Shown: positions 39,825 to 40,603 of the stretch, piece after piece
Layout of the letters: the number at the start of each line of letters is the position of its first letter
How positions within the stretch are numbered: the stretch's first letter is position 1
Source: Dehalococcoidia bacterium
Lineage (GTDB): Bacteria; Chloroflexota; Dehalococcoidia; E44-bin15
Length of the DNA: 40,603 nt
Assembly (NCBI GenBank): GCA_014859165.1
Contig: JACUUT010000002.1
Location: 1 to 40,603 of the forward strand
Direction of reading: 5' to 3'
Position numbers and translations under genes: made by a program
Notes under the pieces: model-generated
Database searches by the model: none
What the model was told of the DNA's origin: nothing
What the model saw: the letters and a program-made list of their open reading frames with translations, nothing else

Positions 39825-40280
39825 TTACTCTACTTTTTCTTCCCGCCTCTTCAATTTCCAGTAACCTCGCCCTACTTCACGGGCTTTTAGAAACCGTTCA
39901 TCCCGACTCAGATATGCAATTAGAGTGGCGCCAGGATCACGACCTCCGATCACAGTACCTTCCTTCCTTACCTCTTCAAGTATTGCCCTATAATGCATTG
40001 GGTTACCATTTCGTGAGAGCACATCGTAGGCTACGTCAGAGGGCTTTCGTTCGATATAAGGCAGCTGCTCCCCTTTTCTGAGTTTGTCCCACTCGGATGA
40101 AATTTGTTGATTAACTCTCTCCGCCTGTCCCTGCGCCATCAGGTTCTCTAGGGCCATCCTCTTGCCGTGAATTACCCCATGTTCCTCGACCAAAGGTTTA
40201 TACTGGAGCTCAAGCTCCAGTTCTCGCTTTGCTAACTCCCGCCACCATTGCCATAAGGTATCTAGTGGAATATCTCCCAT
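39825..40280 (-). CDS. HARE-HTH domain protein
   Basis: 151 aa. The C-terminal DVAYDVLSRNGNPMHYRAILEEV...GATLIAYLSRDERFLKAREVGRGYWKL matches the HARE-HTH pattern. AGGAGG SD. Confidence 0.65.
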   Translation of the reverse strand: MGDIPLDTLWQWWRELAKRELELELQYKPLVEEHGVIHGKRMALENLMAQGQAERVNQQISSEWDKLRKGEQLPYIERKPSDVAYDVLSRNGNPMHYRAILEEVRKEGTVIGGRDPGATLIAYLSRDERFLKAREVGRGYWKLKRREEKVE

Positions 40281-40305
40281 TGGCTCCTCCTTTGTTTATT
40301 ATATA

Positions 40306-40334
40306 ATTATAACGATGTTATATTACTTTGTCAA
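40306..40334 (-). promoter_or_regulatory. perfect consensus sigma70 promoter for the HARE-HTH/RHH/LSR module
   Basis: Minus strand TTGACA (40334-40329), 17-nt spacer, TATAAT (40311-40306). About 20-nt 5' UTR. Confidence 0.7.
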
Positions 40335-40603
40335 GTGCTACAAACTGCCAGTTTCTGTGCCGGTGCTATCGCTGTGTCATATGCCTTACGTCCGAATCTG
40401 TTGGATTGTCTTCAGTCTTTTGTGCTAACCTGAAGAATCGCCAATGAATGGGCATTACTTTACCACTCGGCTAAACCTTACACATGACCTGGGTGGGTAG
40501 GAACTGCGCTTTCAGATGAATTATTCAATCCGGTCCAGTTGAACAGTGCGATGGATTGTATATCCGACCGCCGAAAGCACGCCAACAGGTGGAAAGGAGA
40601 AGC

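Larger units (their letters stand above)
37974..40340. mobile_element. second, decayed LSR module (may continue past the window end)
   Basis: Same architecture and orientation as 19.5-22.1 kb, with a promoter whose flanks match. More AT-rich than the adjacent operon by eye. Confidence 0.45.

Overview
The window has four parts, and the organism looks like an anaerobic bacterium. A Chloroflexota/Dehalococcoidia-like origin is only a guess from gene content. Nothing here was computed or searched; all calls come from reading the sequence and the ORF track.

(1) 1-19.66 kb is a housekeeping core. It holds a partial MBL-fold hydrolase, purA, tRNA-Thr/Tyr/Thr, then tuf-rpmG-secE-nusG-rplKAJL. radC, a solitary cooS and larB follow. 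rpoB-rpoC lie inverted on the minus strand, followed by a five-tRNA array (Val-Leu-Arg-Val-Ala).

(2) About 19.66-27.6 kb looks more AT-rich by eye and appears to be an integrated element next to tRNA-Ala. It carries a large serine recombinase (LSR) whose ORF has no stop of its own and runs antisense through tRNA-Ala. It also carries an HTH/coiled-coil partner gene and a truncated tyrosine recombinase joined to a 5'-truncated type-IIG-like N6-adenine methyltransferase. That methyltransferase is translationally coupled to an AIPR-family protein with an Mrr-like nuclease motif. I regard this pair as the best candidate defence cassette.

(3) 27.8-37.5 kb is a tightly packed minus-strand operon. 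It combines two tungsten/molybdenum aldehyde:ferredoxin oxidoreductase (AOR) paralogs and a GltD-like flavoprotein fused to a ferredoxin. It also holds a complete corrinoid methyl-transfer set: URO-D-type MT-I, corrinoid protein, pterin-binding MT-II and a MetH-activation-domain protein. A crotonase is included, and a possible cobalamin riboswitch lies upstream. I do not recognise this gene combination as a described pathway.

(4) 37.97 kb to the window end is a second, decayed LSR module. Its LSR is a frameshifted, internally deleted pseudogene, preceded by two small RHH-like ORFs and a HARE-HTH protein. It is driven by a perfect consensus promoter whose flanks match the promoter of the first LSR module.

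No CRISPR array or rRNA was seen.
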